From contig CARSXK010000001.1 in the NCBI GenBank assembly GCA_949065595.1, positions 28,029 through 92,028 of the forward strand: 64,000 bases of DNA. Reading direction: 5' to 3'. Position numbers and translations under genes: made by a program. The notes beneath the pieces were generated by a model that did not search any database, was not told the DNA's origin, and saw only the letters and a list, made by a program, of their open reading frames with translations. The DNA comes from an uncultured Bacilli bacterium (GTDB taxonomy: Bacteria; Bacillota_I; Bacilli_A; RF39; UBA660). Below are positions 41,281 through 51,989 of this stretch, one piece after another (position 1 is the first letter of the stretch; the number at the start of each line of letters is the position of its first letter).

Positions 41281-42056
41281 AAGAAATTGTTGGAGTTATG
41301 ATAGATTCTGAAGAAAAAATGGCATATTATGATACCAATCAAATTCATGTTAAAAAAAATATTACAGTGATTGTTGAAACGGAAAAAGGGATTGAATTTG
41401 GTAAAATTGTAACGGACCCACATCCAGTCGATACATCTAAATTAAAAGAACGTCTTAAAAAAATAATTCGAATTGCAAGTAAAAAAGATTATATCAATTA
41501 CAAAAATAATAAAAAAAGAGCATCTGAAGCACTTCGTATATGTAAGGAAATTGTCCGAAAAAAAGCACTGGATATGAATGTAATTGATGCATTTTATACC
41601 TTTGATAAAGATCAACTATTATTTCATTTTACAGCTGATAATCGTGTTGATTTTCGAGATTTAGCAAGAGAGCTTGCTAGTATTTATAAAACGAGAATTG
41701 AATTAAGACAAATTGGTGTACGTGATAAAGCAAAAAAAGTATGTGGTTTTGGTGTATGTGGGCAGAAATTATGCTGCTCTAGATTTTTAAATGAGTTTAC
41801 TTCTGTTTCTATTTCAATGGCAAAAAATCAAAATTTGTCACTCAATCCTACCAAAATCAATGGTGTATGTGGAAGATTATTATGTTGTTTGAAATATGAA
41901 GATGACATATATAAAGGATATAAAAAAGGACTTCCTGACATTGGTACTTTAGTCGAAATCAAAGAAGGAAAAGGAAAAGTTACTAATGTAGATATTTTAA
42001 ATCAAAAATATACAGTGGATGTTCCAAATGTTGGATTCGTTGAGGTTCAAAAATGA
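41277..42056 (+). CDS. ricT: PSP1-domain protein RicT (YaaT)
   Basis: PSP1 C-terminal domain with the cysteine cluster CGFGVCGQKLCCSRFL..CGRLLCCLKYE. ATGA overlap with the holB stop. Confidence 0.9.
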   Translation: MKEIVGVMIDSEEKMAYYDTNQIHVKKNITVIVETEKGIEFGKIVTDPHPVDTSKLKERLKKIIRIASKKDYINYKNNKKRASEALRICKEIVRKKALDMNVIDAFYTFDKDQLLFHFTADNRVDFRDLARELASIYKTRIELRQIGVRDKAKKVCGFGVCGQKLCCSRFLNEFTSVSISMAKNQNLSLNPTKINGVCGRLLCCLKYEDDIYKGYKKGLPDIGTLVEIKEGKGKVTNVDILNQKYTVDVPNVGFVEVQK

Positions 42057-42802
42057 AAATATTAAATTATTTATTAGGATACGAAAATTTAAAAATATAT
42101 CAAGATACTGATATGTTTCATTTTTCGTTGGATTCCGTTTTATTACCAAATTTTGTAACAATAAATGCGAATACTAAACAAATTTTAGATATTGGAACAG
42201 GAAACGCAGTAATTCCTATTATTTTATCTACCAAAACATCTGCTCATATTACAGGTGTTGAAATTCAGAAAAAATCTTATCAACTGGCTTTAGAATCCAT
42301 CCACTATAATCATTTGGATCATCAGATTTCATTGATTCATGATGATATTAAAAATTATGCTCAACAGATTGAATCAGATCAATATGATGTGATTACTTGT
42401 AATCCTCCCTTTTTTAAAGTAGGAGAAGAGTCACATGTAAACGATAGCGAAGAAAAAATGATTGCACGTCATGAAATTTGTTTGACGTTAGAAGATGTCA
42501 TTAAGATAGCAAAAAAATTACTTAAAAATAATGGAATTTTCGCACTTGTTCATCGACCAGAACGCTTGATGGATATTCTAAACTTGATGCAAGAAAATAA
42601 TATTGAACCTAAAAAAATTCAATTTGTATATCCGAAAATGGGTAAAAATGCCAATATTATACTAGTAGAAGGATCTAAAAATGGCAAGCGTGGACTTAAA
42701 ATTTTGCACCCTTTATATTCACATAAAGAAAATGGAGATTATACAGAAGAAATGAAACAATACTTTGTAAGGAGAGATACCGATGTCACAGAAAAGTTAT
42801 GA
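42053..42802 (+). CDS. SAM-dependent N6-adenine methyltransferase (YabB / TrmN6-like)
   Basis: DIGTGNA SAM site and the NPPF catalytic motif. Bacillus yabB position. Confidence 0.8.
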   Translation: MKILNYLLGYENLKIYQDTDMFHFSLDSVLLPNFVTINANTKQILDIGTGNAVIPIILSTKTSAHITGVEIQKKSYQLALESIHYNHLDHQISLIHDDIKNYAQQIESDQYDVITCNPPFFKVGEESHVNDSEEKMIARHEICLTLEDVIKIAKKLLKNNGIFALVHRPERLMDILNLMQENNIEPKKIQFVYPKMGKNANIILVEGSKNGKRGLKILHPLYSHKENGDYTEEMKQYFVRRDTDVTEKL

Positions 42803-43622
42803 TGGAAGTCCAACCGTATATTTGATACCAACTCCTATTGGAAATATGGAAGATATCACTTTGCGTGCTCTTAATATATTAAAAACTGTTGATGTAATAT
42901 TTTCAGAAGATACAAGAGTAACATCTATTTTATTAAAGCACTATCAGATTGAAAAAAAGTTAATATCTTCTCATCAATACAATGAATTCAAAAATGCGAC
43001 AAAATTGCTTTCATATCTAGAGCAAGGTAAAATGGTAGGAATTGTAAGTGATAGAGGGACCCCAGTCATCAGTGACCCAGGATATGAACTTGCACGAGTC
43101 GCCATTGAAAATGGGTATCATGTAGTGGGACTACCAGGTCCTACTGCCTTGATTCCTGCTTTGATTACTTCTGGCCTCGCACCAAATCCCTTCCTATTTT
43201 ATGGATTTTTGAATAGTAAGGATAGCAAAAGAAGAAAAGAGTTAGAAAGTCTAAAAAATATACCAGCTACGTTAATTTTTTATGAAGCGCCTCATCGCCT
43301 TTCTAAAACACTTCAAGATATGATAAAAATTTTGGGAAATAGACGTGTTTCAATTTCCCGGGAAATAAGTAAAAAATATGAAGAAATATATAGAGAAACA
43401 TTAGAAAATATTTCCGGACAAGTGGTTGACATTAAGGGAGAAATTGTTATAATTGTAGAAGGTAATTTTCAAGGCGAAACGCACGACAACTTGACAATAA
43501 TTGAACACATCAATTTCTTTTTGAAGGAGGGAATGTCTGTAAAGGATGCGATTAAACAAGTTGCACATGAAAGAGGACTTCCTAAAAATGAAGTATATCA
43601 GGAATACCATAGGGGTGATTAA
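42783..43622 (+). CDS. rsmI: 16S rRNA (cytidine1402-2'-O)-methyltransferase
   Basis: Tetrapyrrole-methylase fold with VYLIPTPIGNMEDITLRAL N-terminus. Confidence 0.92.
   Translation: MSQKSYDGSPTVYLIPTPIGNMEDITLRALNILKTVDVIFSEDTRVTSILLKHYQIEKKLISSHQYNEFKNATKLLSYLEQGKMVGIVSDRGTPVISDPGYELARVAIENGYHVVGLPGPTALIPALITSGLAPNPFLFYGFLNSKDSKRRKELESLKNIPATLIFYEAPHRLSKTLQDMIKILGNRRVSISREISKKYEEIYRETLENISGQVVDIKGEIVIIVEGNFQGETHDNLTIIEHINFFLKEGMSVKDAIKQVAHERGLPKNEVYQEYHRGD
43353..43366. promoter_or_regulatory. Noc-binding site (NBS) inside rsmI
   Basis: ATTTCCCGGGAAAT is a perfect match to the 14-bp B. subtilis NBS consensus. It has a GC-rich core in an AT-rich genome and occurs only once in the window. 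Confidence 0.7.
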
Positions 43623-44183
43623 ATGAAATTAGTCGTTGGTTTGGGAAATGTTGGAAAAGAATATATGGGTACACGTCATAATGTTGGTTTTATGGCAATT
43701 GACCGAATTGCAGAAGAAAATCAAGTCCAGATAGATACAGAAAAATTTGGTGGAAGATACACCATGTTGCGAAAATATGAAGAGAAAATAATATTGTTGA
43801 AACCAGAACGGTTTATCAATTTATCAGGTGAAGTAATTAAAAAATATGTTGATTTTTTCGATATTAAAATAGAAGATATTTGGATTATATGTGATGATTT
43901 GGATTTACCAGTCGGAAGTTATCGATTACGTTATCAAGGTGGTAGTGGAGGTCATAACGGTCTTAAAAATATAGAATTGCATTTGAAAACACAACAATAT
44001 AAACGAATGAAGATAGGAATTTCTAATAATAAACAAATAGATACCAAAGATTATGTATTAGGAAAATTCACAAAAGAAGAAATAAAAGAAATGCAGTTCA
44101 TTTTCGATAAAATTCCTGATATATTTGATGATTTTTTGAAAATGTCTTATGATAATGTGATGAACCAGTATAATAAGAAATGA
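43623..44183 (+). CDS. pth: peptidyl-tRNA hydrolase
   Basis: LVVGLGNVGKEYMGTRHNVGF signature. Confidence 0.95.
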   Translation: MKLVVGLGNVGKEYMGTRHNVGFMAIDRIAEENQVQIDTEKFGGRYTMLRKYEEKIILLKPERFINLSGEVIKKYVDFFDIKIEDIWIICDDLDLPVGSYRLRYQGGSGGHNGLKNIELHLKTQQYKRMKIGISNNKQIDTKDYVLGKFTKEEIKEMQFIFDKIPDIFDDFLKMSYDNVMNQYNKK

Positions 44184-44220
44184 TACATTGTATCATTTTT
44201 GTCGTGAAGGGAGGAATATA

Positions 44221-47200
44221 ATGGATTTTTTTAAGACTTTATGGAATCCATTTCCAGAAGAAATGCAGGTTAATGGTTTAACGAATGAAACAAAAGCCAT
44301 TTATATTTATAATATATTTGAAAGTATGAATGATTCTATTTTAGTGGTTACCAATTCTTTATTTGAGGCCAATTTACTATATCAATCCATAATCCATTAT
44401 ACATCCAATGTATTATTATTTCCCATGGATGATTTTTTGACCAGTGAAGCACTTGCGATTTCTCCAGAATTTAAATATAATCGTTTGGATGTAATTTATC
44501 AGTTACTAGAATATAAAAAAAATATTGTTATTACCAATTTGATGGGTTATTTGAGGTATTTACCAGAGCGTTCACGATTTGAGACATACACTATTTCGAT
44601 CAAACAGAATACAGAATATGGTATGAATGATTTGATTCATTTACTGCAAATAATGGGATACCAAAGAGAAACTATCGTAACTAAAACTGGAGAAATGGGT
44701 ATTCGTGGATTTGTAATCGATATATTTCCTAGTACAGAAAAATATCCATTGCGGATTGAATTTTGGGGAGATACCATTGAATCAATTCGTTCTTTTGATC
44801 CAGAAACGCAGCTAAAAATAGAAGACAAAGATAGCGTTACCATATGCCCGAATACAGAATTTTTGGTAGATACCGAATTGGAATTACCATATCGTACTAT
44901 AAAAGATCATATTGGTGTTACCAATATTTTAGGATATATTCCAAGTAATATGGTCATTTTTAGTGATTATCATGAAATGAAATTAAGCTATCAGACCTTA
45001 TTAGATGAAATATTTCATTACAACATTAGTAAAGAGTTACCAAGTGATACATCCTATATGTATACATTAGAAGAGATACACCCTGAAACTTGTAAATATT
45101 TAGAAAATTTTGATACTAAATTAGAAGAAACTGATACAGTGACTTCCTTTTCCGTAAAGGAAATATCTCCTTTCCCTCAAAATATAGCAGAATGGCATCG
45201 TCGTTTTTTAGATTATATTAAGATGGAAAAAACAGTCGTAGTATGTTTTTCGAGTCGATATCAAATGAATAAAGTTACGGATGAGTTAGACCTTTTAAAT
45301 GTTGTAATGACCAATATTAGTGAAATTTATCCAAACAAAATTAATTTTGTGATTTTTCCAATCGAAAAAGGATTTGAATTGGAACATTATGTTGTAATTA
45401 GTGAACAGGATTTATTTTATAAAAAAAATCGTGTCATTCCTTATAAAAATAATTTTAAATTTGGTACCAAAATCCGTGATATCAATAAACTCAATATAGG
45501 CGATTATATTGTGCATAGTATTCATGGAATTGGACGTTACATAGGATTAAAAACATTAACCAAAAATGGACTCAAGAAAGATTACCTCACGATTGAATAT
45601 AAGGATGAAGATAAGCTATATATTCCAGTTGAGAAAATGGAATATATCAGCAAATATTCTTCGAATGAGGGAATTGTTCCCAAAATAAATAAACTAGGAA
45701 CAACAGAATGGCAAAAGACCAAATTAAGAGTCCGCAAAAAATTAGAAGATATTGCAGGAAAGTTATTGGAATTATATGCTGCAAGAGAAGCAAGTATTGG
45801 TTTTGCTTTTGAAAAAGACAATGAAGTACAAGTTGCTTTTGAAAAGGAATTTCCATATGAGGAGACAACGGATCAATTAAAAGTTTCGGAGGAAATCAAA
45901 CATGATATGGAACTTGCAAGACCAATGGACCGCTTACTTTGTGGGGATGTTGGGTATGGAAAGACAGAAGTTGCTTTTCGTGCGGCAATGAAGGCAGTAT
46001 TATCAGGAAAACAGGTTGCGCTATTGTGTCCAACTACTATTTTATCGAATCAACATTATCAAAATGCATTGAATCGTTTTCAAAATTTTCCTGTAAAGAT
46101 AGCATTACTCAATCGCTTTGTAAGTATGAAAGAAACCACACAAATTAAAAAAGAAATATTAACTGGTGGTATTGATATTTTAATTGGAACACATCGTATT
46201 TTAAGTGACGACATTCGGTTTAAAGATTTGGGGCTACTCATCATTGACGAAGAACAACGCTTTGGTGTGAAACACAAGGAAAAAATCAAAGAATATAAAA
46301 ATAATATTGATGTTCTTACGCTTTCTGCAACCCCAATTCCACGTACACTACAAATGTCAATGACTGGAATTCGTAATTTGTCCTTGATAGAAACCCCACC
46401 TGTGAATCGATATCCTATTCAAACTTATGTATTAGAAGAAGACAATCATATGATAAAAGATGCAGTTTATAAAGAGCTTTCTCGAAATGGACAGACCTTT
46501 ATTTTATACAATAAAGTAGAGGATATGGATTTGAAGTTAAAGGAAATGGAACGATTATTACCAGATGCTAAAATTGTCTTTGCACATGGTCAAATGTCCA
46601 AATCACAATTAGAAAATGTGATGCTGAAATTTACCAATCATGAGTTTGATGTTCTTTTATGTACAACCATCATTGAAACAGGTATTGATATTCCAAACGT
46701 AAATACGTTAATTATCATTGACGCTGATCATTTTGGATTATCGCAGTTATATCAGATACGAGGTCGTGTTGGTCGTAGTAATAAAATCGCATATTGTTAT
46801 TTGATGTATCATAAAGGTAAATCTTTATCTGATATAGCAACCAAACGATTGAAAGTAATCAAAGATTTTACAGAATTGGGTAGTGGTTTTGCGATTGCTA
46901 TGCGTGATTTATCGATTAGAGGTGCTGGCGATATATTGGGAAGTGAACAAGCAGGTTTTATTGATGCGATTGGGATTGAATTATATTTGAAGATGTTAGA
47001 AGAAGAAGTTTCTAAATTGAAAGGTGAAACAGTTGTAAAGGAAGAGCTCAAAGAAGAAATGCCGCTAGTTGAAGTAGAGACGACTATATCGGATGATTAT
47101 GTATCGGAAACAGAACTCAAAATTGAAATTCATAAAAAAATCAATCAAATTCACAATAAAGAAGATATTGATGTGTTATATAGGGAATTAAAAGATCGTT

Positions 47201-47511
47201 TTGGTCAAGTAAGTGATAGTATGTTAATCTATATGTATGAAGAATGGTTTGAAAAATTGGCGAAAGATTTAGGGATTGACAAAGTAAAACAAACCAATAA
47301 TTTTATAGAAATTACTTTACCAAAGAGTTTTACAGAAGACATCAATGGGGAACAAGTATTTATGGAAGTCAATCAATTATCTCGTATGTTTCGGTTTTCG
47401 ATGAAATTGGGATGTTTGGTAATTACATTAGATACTATTAAGTTAGAGAAACATTTCATTTATTACTTGATTGATTTAATGAATATTCTTTTGAATCAAA
47501 AGAAAAGTTAA
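44221..47511 (+). CDS. mfd: transcription-repair coupling factor
   Basis: UvrB-homology N-domain, RNAP-interaction domain, SF2 motor (GDVGYGKTEVA, DEEQRFG), TRG motif. ATG at 44221 after GGGAGG. Confidence 0.96.
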   Translation: MDFFKTLWNPFPEEMQVNGLTNETKAIYIYNIFESMNDSILVVTNSLFEANLLYQSIIHYTSNVLLFPMDDFLTSEALAISPEFKYNRLDVIYQLLEYKKNIVITNLMGYLRYLPERSRFETYTISIKQNTEYGMNDLIHLLQIMGYQRETIVTKTGEMGIRGFVIDIFPSTEKYPLRIEFWGDTIESIRSFDPETQLKIEDKDSVTICPNTEFLVDTELELPYRTIKDHIGVTNILGYIPSNMVIFSDYHEMKLSYQTLLDEIFHYNISKELPSDTSYMYTLEEIHPETCKYLENFDTKLEETDTVTSFSVKEISPFPQNIAEWHRRFLDYIKMEKTVVVCFSSRYQMNKVTDELDLLNVVMTNISEIYPNKINFVIFPIEKGFELEHYVVISEQDLFYKKNRVIPYKNNFKFGTKIRDINKLNIGDYIVHSIHGIGRYIGLKTLTKNGLKKDYLTIEYKDEDKLYIPVEKMEYISKYSSNEGIVPKINKLGTTEWQKTKLRVRKKLEDIAGKLLELYAAREASIGFAFEKDNEVQVAFEKEFPYEETTDQLKVSEEIKHDMELARPMDRLLCGDVGYGKTEVAFRAAMKAVLSGKQVALLCPTTILSNQHYQNALNRFQNFPVKIALLNRFVSMKETTQIKKEILTGGIDILIGTHRILSDDIRFKDLGLLIIDEEQRFGVKHKEKIKEYKNNIDVLTLSATPIPRTLQMSMTGIRNLSLIETPPVNRYPIQTYVLEEDNHMIKDAVYKELSRNGQTFILYNKVEDMDLKLKEMERLLPDAKIVFAHGQMSKSQLENVMLKFTNHEFDVLLCTTIIETGIDIPNVNTLIIIDADHFGLSQLYQIRGRVGRSNKIAYCYLMYHKGKSLSDIATKRLKVIKDFTELGSGFAIAMRDLSIRGAGDILGSEQAGFIDAIGIELYLKMLEEEVSKLKGETVVKEELKEEMPLVEVETTISDDYVSETELKIEIHKKINQIHNKEDIDVLYRELKDRFGQVSDSMLIYMYEEWFEKLAKDLGIDKVKQTNNFIEITLPKSFTEDINGEQVFMEVNQLSRMFRFSMKLGCLVITLDTIKLEKHFIYYLIDLMNILLNQKKS

Positions 47512-47520
47512 TTTGTAATG

Positions 47521-47554
47521 AAAAAAAATAAGCATTCAATTGCTTATTTTTTTT
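47521..47554. terminator. bidirectional terminator between mfd and the pyrophosphatase gene
   Basis: AATAAGCA-TTCAAT-TGCTTATT hairpin flanked by an A-run and a T-run. Overlaps the stop codon of the minus-strand gene. Confidence 0.7.
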
Positions 47555-49166
47555 CAAGAGCATTAATAATGTTTGGAATGATTTGTTTTTTACGAGAAAC
47601 GACATCAGGTAAATAGTGTCCTTGTTCTATATTTTGTAAATCAAAGGCATTGTCTAAAATATCTTTTGCTTTGTGATTGAAGAACATATAAGAACCATTG
47701 GTAATAATATCGGTTGCAAATAGTACAACTATTTTATAATCATTGTGTTGTGCAACAGAGTCAATTAAAGCAACATATTCGTCTTTTTCAGTCATAATTT
47801 CTTCTATATTGGTAATAAATATTTGTGCAACTCCGATTTTATCATTATCGATTGTAAAGTTTTTGAAATCCATATACAAGACTTCTTCTTTGGTTTTTCC
47901 TTTCAAGGAAGCGCCAGCTTTTAACATTTCCATTCCGTATTTTTCATAGTCAATATTCGCAATTTTAGAAAGATCTATTACAGTTTCGATATCCAAATTG
48001 GTCGTTGTAGGTGATTTAAATAGCAAGGTGTCAGATATAATACCCGATAACATTAGACCTGCAATATGGGATGGAATTTCGATGTGATTTTCTTTATATA
48101 ACATTGCGATAATGGTATTGCTGCTTCCTACAGTCATAGTCCTAAAATTAATTGGTGTACTTGTGCCGATTGTTCCAATTTTATGGTGGTCTACAATTTC
48201 TATAATTTCAGCTTCTTCCAATCCATCTACACTTTGTATCGGTTCATTATGGTCTACCAAAATGACTTGTTTTCTTTTTTTGTCATTGATATCTGATAAT
48301 CGTAAGATTCCAAGACATTCATTATTTTTATTTAATATTGGATAATTGCTATATTTTGTTTTACTTGCAAAGTCTACAAAATCTTTTAAATCTTCTTCTT
48401 CTTGAAATGAGATAACAGAATCCAAAAAGGAGATATTATCTAAATAATTTGCCAAACCAATTTTTCTACTTGTTTTGAAAGTATCATAAGGGGAACGAAT
48501 AATGTTAACGCCATTTAATTCGGCTTGTTTTAAATGATGGTCTTTGATTTCTGAATTATTGGTTAAAATAATCATTTTGATTTTAGATGCGATTGCATAT
48601 TCAATGACACTATGGCGATCTCCAACAATTAAAATAGTATCTGGTTCGAGTTTTACATTTTCAATAAAGGTAGTGCTGCGATAAGATGCAACTAATATAT
48701 TTCCCTTGATTTCTTCATCAAATTTTAAAATTTCTTCCGCACTTAAACTTTTGATGAGATTGGAATAGGAAGTATTCACTTGATTGATATCGCCCATAAT
48801 TTGAGATTTAGCAATATCTTTCATGGAAACAAGACCTTTGAATTTATTGTAATTATCGACAATAGGTAATGTGCTAACAAGTTGTTCATTCATATAGTTT
48901 AATCCATCCATGATAGAATATTTCCCATTCATATGAAAATCTTTTAAATATTGAATATCCTTTATTTGTAAACGGACGTCATTTAAGTATTTCGGTTCTT
49001 TTACTTTCCAATACTGTAATACAAATTTAGTTTCATTGTTGACATCGCCTAAAACTCTTGGTGTTGTACTAAATCCAAGTTGATTTTTTAGATAAGAAAG
49101 TGCGATAGATGCAGTTACACTATCAGTGTCTGGTTTTTTATGTCCAAATATATAAATTTTTTCCAA
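47544..49166 (-). CDS. ppaC: family II (DHH) inorganic pyrophosphatase with CBS-domain insertion
   Basis: EKIYIFGHKKPDTDS N-terminus, DHH (VDHHKIG), CBS pair plus DRTGG-like insert, DHHA2 end. TTG at 49166 sits 8 nt after AGGAG and restores the canonical M-EKI..FGH start. The track GTG at 49175 lies inside the RBS. Confidence 0.88.
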   Translation of the reverse strand: MEKIYIFGHKKPDTDSVTASIALSYLKNQLGFSTTPRVLGDVNNETKFVLQYWKVKEPKYLNDVRLQIKDIQYLKDFHMNGKYSIMDGLNYMNEQLVSTLPIVDNYNKFKGLVSMKDIAKSQIMGDINQVNTSYSNLIKSLSAEEILKFDEEIKGNILVASYRSTTFIENVKLEPDTILIVGDRHSVIEYAIASKIKMIILTNNSEIKDHHLKQAELNGVNIIRSPYDTFKTSRKIGLANYLDNISFLDSVISFQEEEDLKDFVDFASKTKYSNYPILNKNNECLGILRLSDINDKKRKQVILVDHNEPIQSVDGLEEAEIIEIVDHHKIGTIGTSTPINFRTMTVGSSNTIIAMLYKENHIEIPSHIAGLMLSGIISDTLLFKSPTTTNLDIETVIDLSKIANIDYEKYGMEMLKAGASLKGKTKEEVLYMDFKNFTIDNDKIGVAQIFITNIEEIMTEKDEYVALIDSVAQHNDYKIVVLFATDIITNGSYMFFNHKAKDILDNAFDLQNIEQGHYLPDVVSRKKQIIPNIINALEKK

Positions 49167-49267
49167 TGTAATCACTCCTAGGGAAACATTATATCAAAAA
49201 ATTGATTATTTGATAAGTATAAATGAAAAAAAAATAACCAAAATATGGTTAGAGAGTGAGGTAATTT

Positions 49268-49801
49268 ATGAAAGCAACTGGCGTTGTAAGACGTATTGAT
49301 GAACTTGGAAGAATAGTCATTCCTAAAGAAATTCGAAAAACAATGCATATTAGAGAGGGAGAAAACATAGAAATATTTATTGAGGGAGAACAAAATATTG
49401 TATTAAAGAAATACTCTGCTGTTAAAAAATTAGATGATTTTGCTTCTCGATTAACAGATGCAATTTATGCTTTTTTAAAATATAATGTTATCATAACAGA
49501 TACGGATAGTATTGTTGCGATATCAGGTCCACTCAAAAAAGAATTGAATGGAGAATCCTTAAGTGAGGATATGATAAATGCAATCAAAAGAAGGGAAAGT
49601 ATACTAGAAAAAAATAATAAAAAAATTACAATAACGAATAATCATTCTTATGAAGGAAGTTATGTGATTCATTCAATTGTAAGTGATGGGGATGTAGTAG
49701 GACTTGTCATACTTTTGTCAACAGAAGATAAAATCGGAGAAGTAGAAGAAAAGATTGCTCATATCGCTTCCCAATTTTTGGCAAAATATCTTGAAGAGTA
49801 A
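49268..49801 (+). CDS. spoVT: stage V sporulation protein T (AbrB-type regulator with GAF-like domain)
   Basis: MKATGVVRRIDELGRIVIPKEIRKTMHIREG swapped-hairpin domain, 177 aa, follows mfd as in Bacillus. Confidence 0.9.
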   Translation: MKATGVVRRIDELGRIVIPKEIRKTMHIREGENIEIFIEGEQNIVLKKYSAVKKLDDFASRLTDAIYAFLKYNVIITDTDSIVAISGPLKKELNGESLSEDMINAIKRRESILEKNNKKITITNNHSYEGSYVIHSIVSDGDVVGLVILLSTEDKIGEVEEKIAHIASQFLAKYLEE

Positions 49802-49824
49802 AAAAAGATGTGTTATACTAAATG

Positions 49825-50037
49825 TAAAGATTTTGAAGGAGAGAAAAATAATATTTTTCAGTAGAGAACTTGTGGTTGGTGAAAACAAGTGAAAGATTTA
49901 TTTCGAATGGCTCTGGAATTGTTTTTGTGAATTGTAAGCAAAAATCGTCTTGTCGCGTTAAGACTTTGAGTGTATAGATTTCATCTATAAAATAAGGTGG
50001 TACCGCGTTTTGAACGTCCTTAATTAGGATGTTTTTT
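49825..50037 (+). promoter_or_regulatory. T-box riboswitch leader (Met specifier) of metG
   Basis: Extended -10 TGTTATACT at 49810-49818. AGAGA/GA motif, GGTGAAAAC distal loop, AUG in GAAUGGC as the specifier candidate, T-box AAGGTGGTACCGCG at 49994-50007. Terminator ACGTCCT-TAATT-AGGATGT plus T6 at 50014-50037. Confidence 0.85.
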
Positions 50038-50105
50038 AATGTTTTTCGATATACACAGGTTATTCCTTCTGGAAAATTAATATATTATGATAAGGAGATG
50101 GTTAT

Positions 50106-51668
50106 ATGAAACCAAAATATTATATTTCCACTGCAATTGCATATGCTTCTGGAAAACCACACATTGGAAATACGTATGAAATTGTTCTTGCCGATGCGAT
50201 TGCACGCTATAAAAGATTAACTGGATATGATGTTTACTTTCAAACAGGGACAGATGAACATGGTCAAAAGATTGAAGAAAAAGCAACATCTGCTGGTGTA
50301 CAACCGCAAGAATTTGTCGATGAACGTGCTTTGGATGTCCGAAAAATTTGGGATGTAATGAATACCAGTTACGATAAATTTGTACGTACCACCAATCCTG
50401 CCCATAAAGATATGGTCTCTAAAATCTTTAAAAAATTGAATGATCAAGGAGATATATACAAAGGAAAATATGAGGGACTTTACTGTACACCTTGTGAATC
50501 TTTTTTTACCGAATCGCAATTGGTTGATGGAAAATGTCCAGATTGTGGGCGTGAAGTAAAACCTGCAAGTGAAGAAGCTTATTTCTTTCGGTTAAGTAAC
50601 TATACAAAAAGATTAGAAGAATATATTGAAGCACATCCTAATTTTATTCAACCAGAGAGCCGTTTAAATGAAATTATGAATAACTTTATTAAACCAGGAT
50701 TACAAGATCTTTGTGTATCAAGAACATCTTTTGATTGGGGCGTTCCTGTTACGTTTGATGAGAATCATGTTATTTATGTATGGATTGATGCTTTAAGTAA
50801 TTATATTACCTTTTTGGGATATGATATTGAAGGAAATCACAGTGAGGAATTTAAGAAATATTGGCCTTGTAATGTCCATTTGATTGGTAAAGATATACTT
50901 AGATTTCATACCATTTATTGGCCTATTATGTTGATGGCACTTGATTTACCAATGCCAAAACAGATTTTTGGACATCCATGGTTACTATTTGGAACAGATA
51001 AAATGAGTAAGTCTAAAGGTAATATTGTATATGCAGATGAGTTGGTAAAACAATTTGGTGTGGATGCTGTAAGATACTATTTGTTGCATGAAATTCCTTA
51101 TGCAAGTGATGGGACGTTTACGTATGAACTTTTGATAGAACGTATTAATTCTGATTTAGCAAACGTTCTTGGAAATTTAGTCAATCGTACCATTTCTATG
51201 GCACACAAGTATTTTGATGGTGTAGTGCTAGAACCAATTTGTCCAGAACCAATTGATGAGGAACTTAAAACAATGGTATTAGAAATGCCTCATAAAATAG
51301 AAGAAAAAATGAATGAGCTTCGTGTAGCTGATGCAATGGATGAAATGTTTGAAGTATTCAGAAGATGTAATAAGTATATTGATGAGACAACTCCGTGGGT
51401 ACTTGCCAAAGAAGATAAAAAAGAACGATTACAAACAGTACTTTACAATTTATTAGAATCTATTCGGAGTGGAGCTGTTTTGTTACAAGCCTTTTTACCA
51501 GATACAGCGAATGAAATTTTTGCACAATTGAATACAGAAAATCGTTATATAGATAGTATTGATTTTAAAGGAATGGATATAGGAATTGTCTTAAATGAAG
51601 CAAAACCTTTATTTGCACGTATTGATAAAGAGAAGAAATTAGCAGAAATATTCGATGAAAATGTGTAA
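50106..51668 (+). CDS. metG: methionine--tRNA ligase (short form, no C-terminal tRNA-binding appendix)
   Basis: HIGN and KMSKS class I motifs, zinc knuckle CTPCESF..CPDCG. Confidence 0.95.
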   Translation: MKPKYYISTAIAYASGKPHIGNTYEIVLADAIARYKRLTGYDVYFQTGTDEHGQKIEEKATSAGVQPQEFVDERALDVRKIWDVMNTSYDKFVRTTNPAHKDMVSKIFKKLNDQGDIYKGKYEGLYCTPCESFFTESQLVDGKCPDCGREVKPASEEAYFFRLSNYTKRLEEYIEAHPNFIQPESRLNEIMNNFIKPGLQDLCVSRTSFDWGVPVTFDENHVIYVWIDALSNYITFLGYDIEGNHSEEFKKYWPCNVHLIGKDILRFHTIYWPIMLMALDLPMPKQIFGHPWLLFGTDKMSKSKGNIVYADELVKQFGVDAVRYYLLHEIPYASDGTFTYELLIERINSDLANVLGNLVNRTISMAHKYFDGVVLEPICPEPIDEELKTMVLEMPHKIEEKMNELRVADAMDEMFEVFRRCNKYIDETTPWVLAKEDKKERLQTVLYNLLESIRSGAVLLQAFLPDTANEIFAQLNTENRYIDSIDFKGMDIGIVLNEAKPLFARIDKEKKLAEIFDENV

Positions 51669-51771
51669 AATGTTGTAAAATGTCGATAGAAAAAGGAAGG
51701 AAAACCTAGTACTTCTTTTTTTGTTATGCTATATTGTTATTGTTGCAAAAAAGAATAAAAAAGGAGATATC

Positions 51772-51942
51772 ATGACAACTGAAAATTGTAAAGATTCAAA
51801 GTATGTTGTGTTAGTTTGCATTATGGGTGTGCTTTTGGTTTTAGGAAGCGCGATTGTAGAATTAAATTATTTGGATATTGCTTACTTATTATTTATTATA
51901 ATTTGTTTGATTCGATATCTACGTATTCGTCATAAAGAATAG
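51772..51942 (+). CDS. small two-TM membrane protein (56 aa)
   Basis: ATG at 51772 after AAGGAG, with two hydrophobic helices. No family recognised. Confidence 0.4.
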   Translation: MTTENCKDSKYVVLVCIMGVLLVLGSAIVELNYLDIAYLLFIIICLIRYLRIRHKE

Positions 51943-51989
51943 AAAGTTATATCTTAATATGGTATAATTTTTTTATTGGAGAGATGTTT

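Noticed and set aside
49178-49393. 71-aa minus-strand ORF between the pyrophosphatase gene and spoVT.
   Set aside because: It overlaps the spoVT RBS and 5' coding region, and its translation is low-complexity. The region is better explained as the divergent promoter region.
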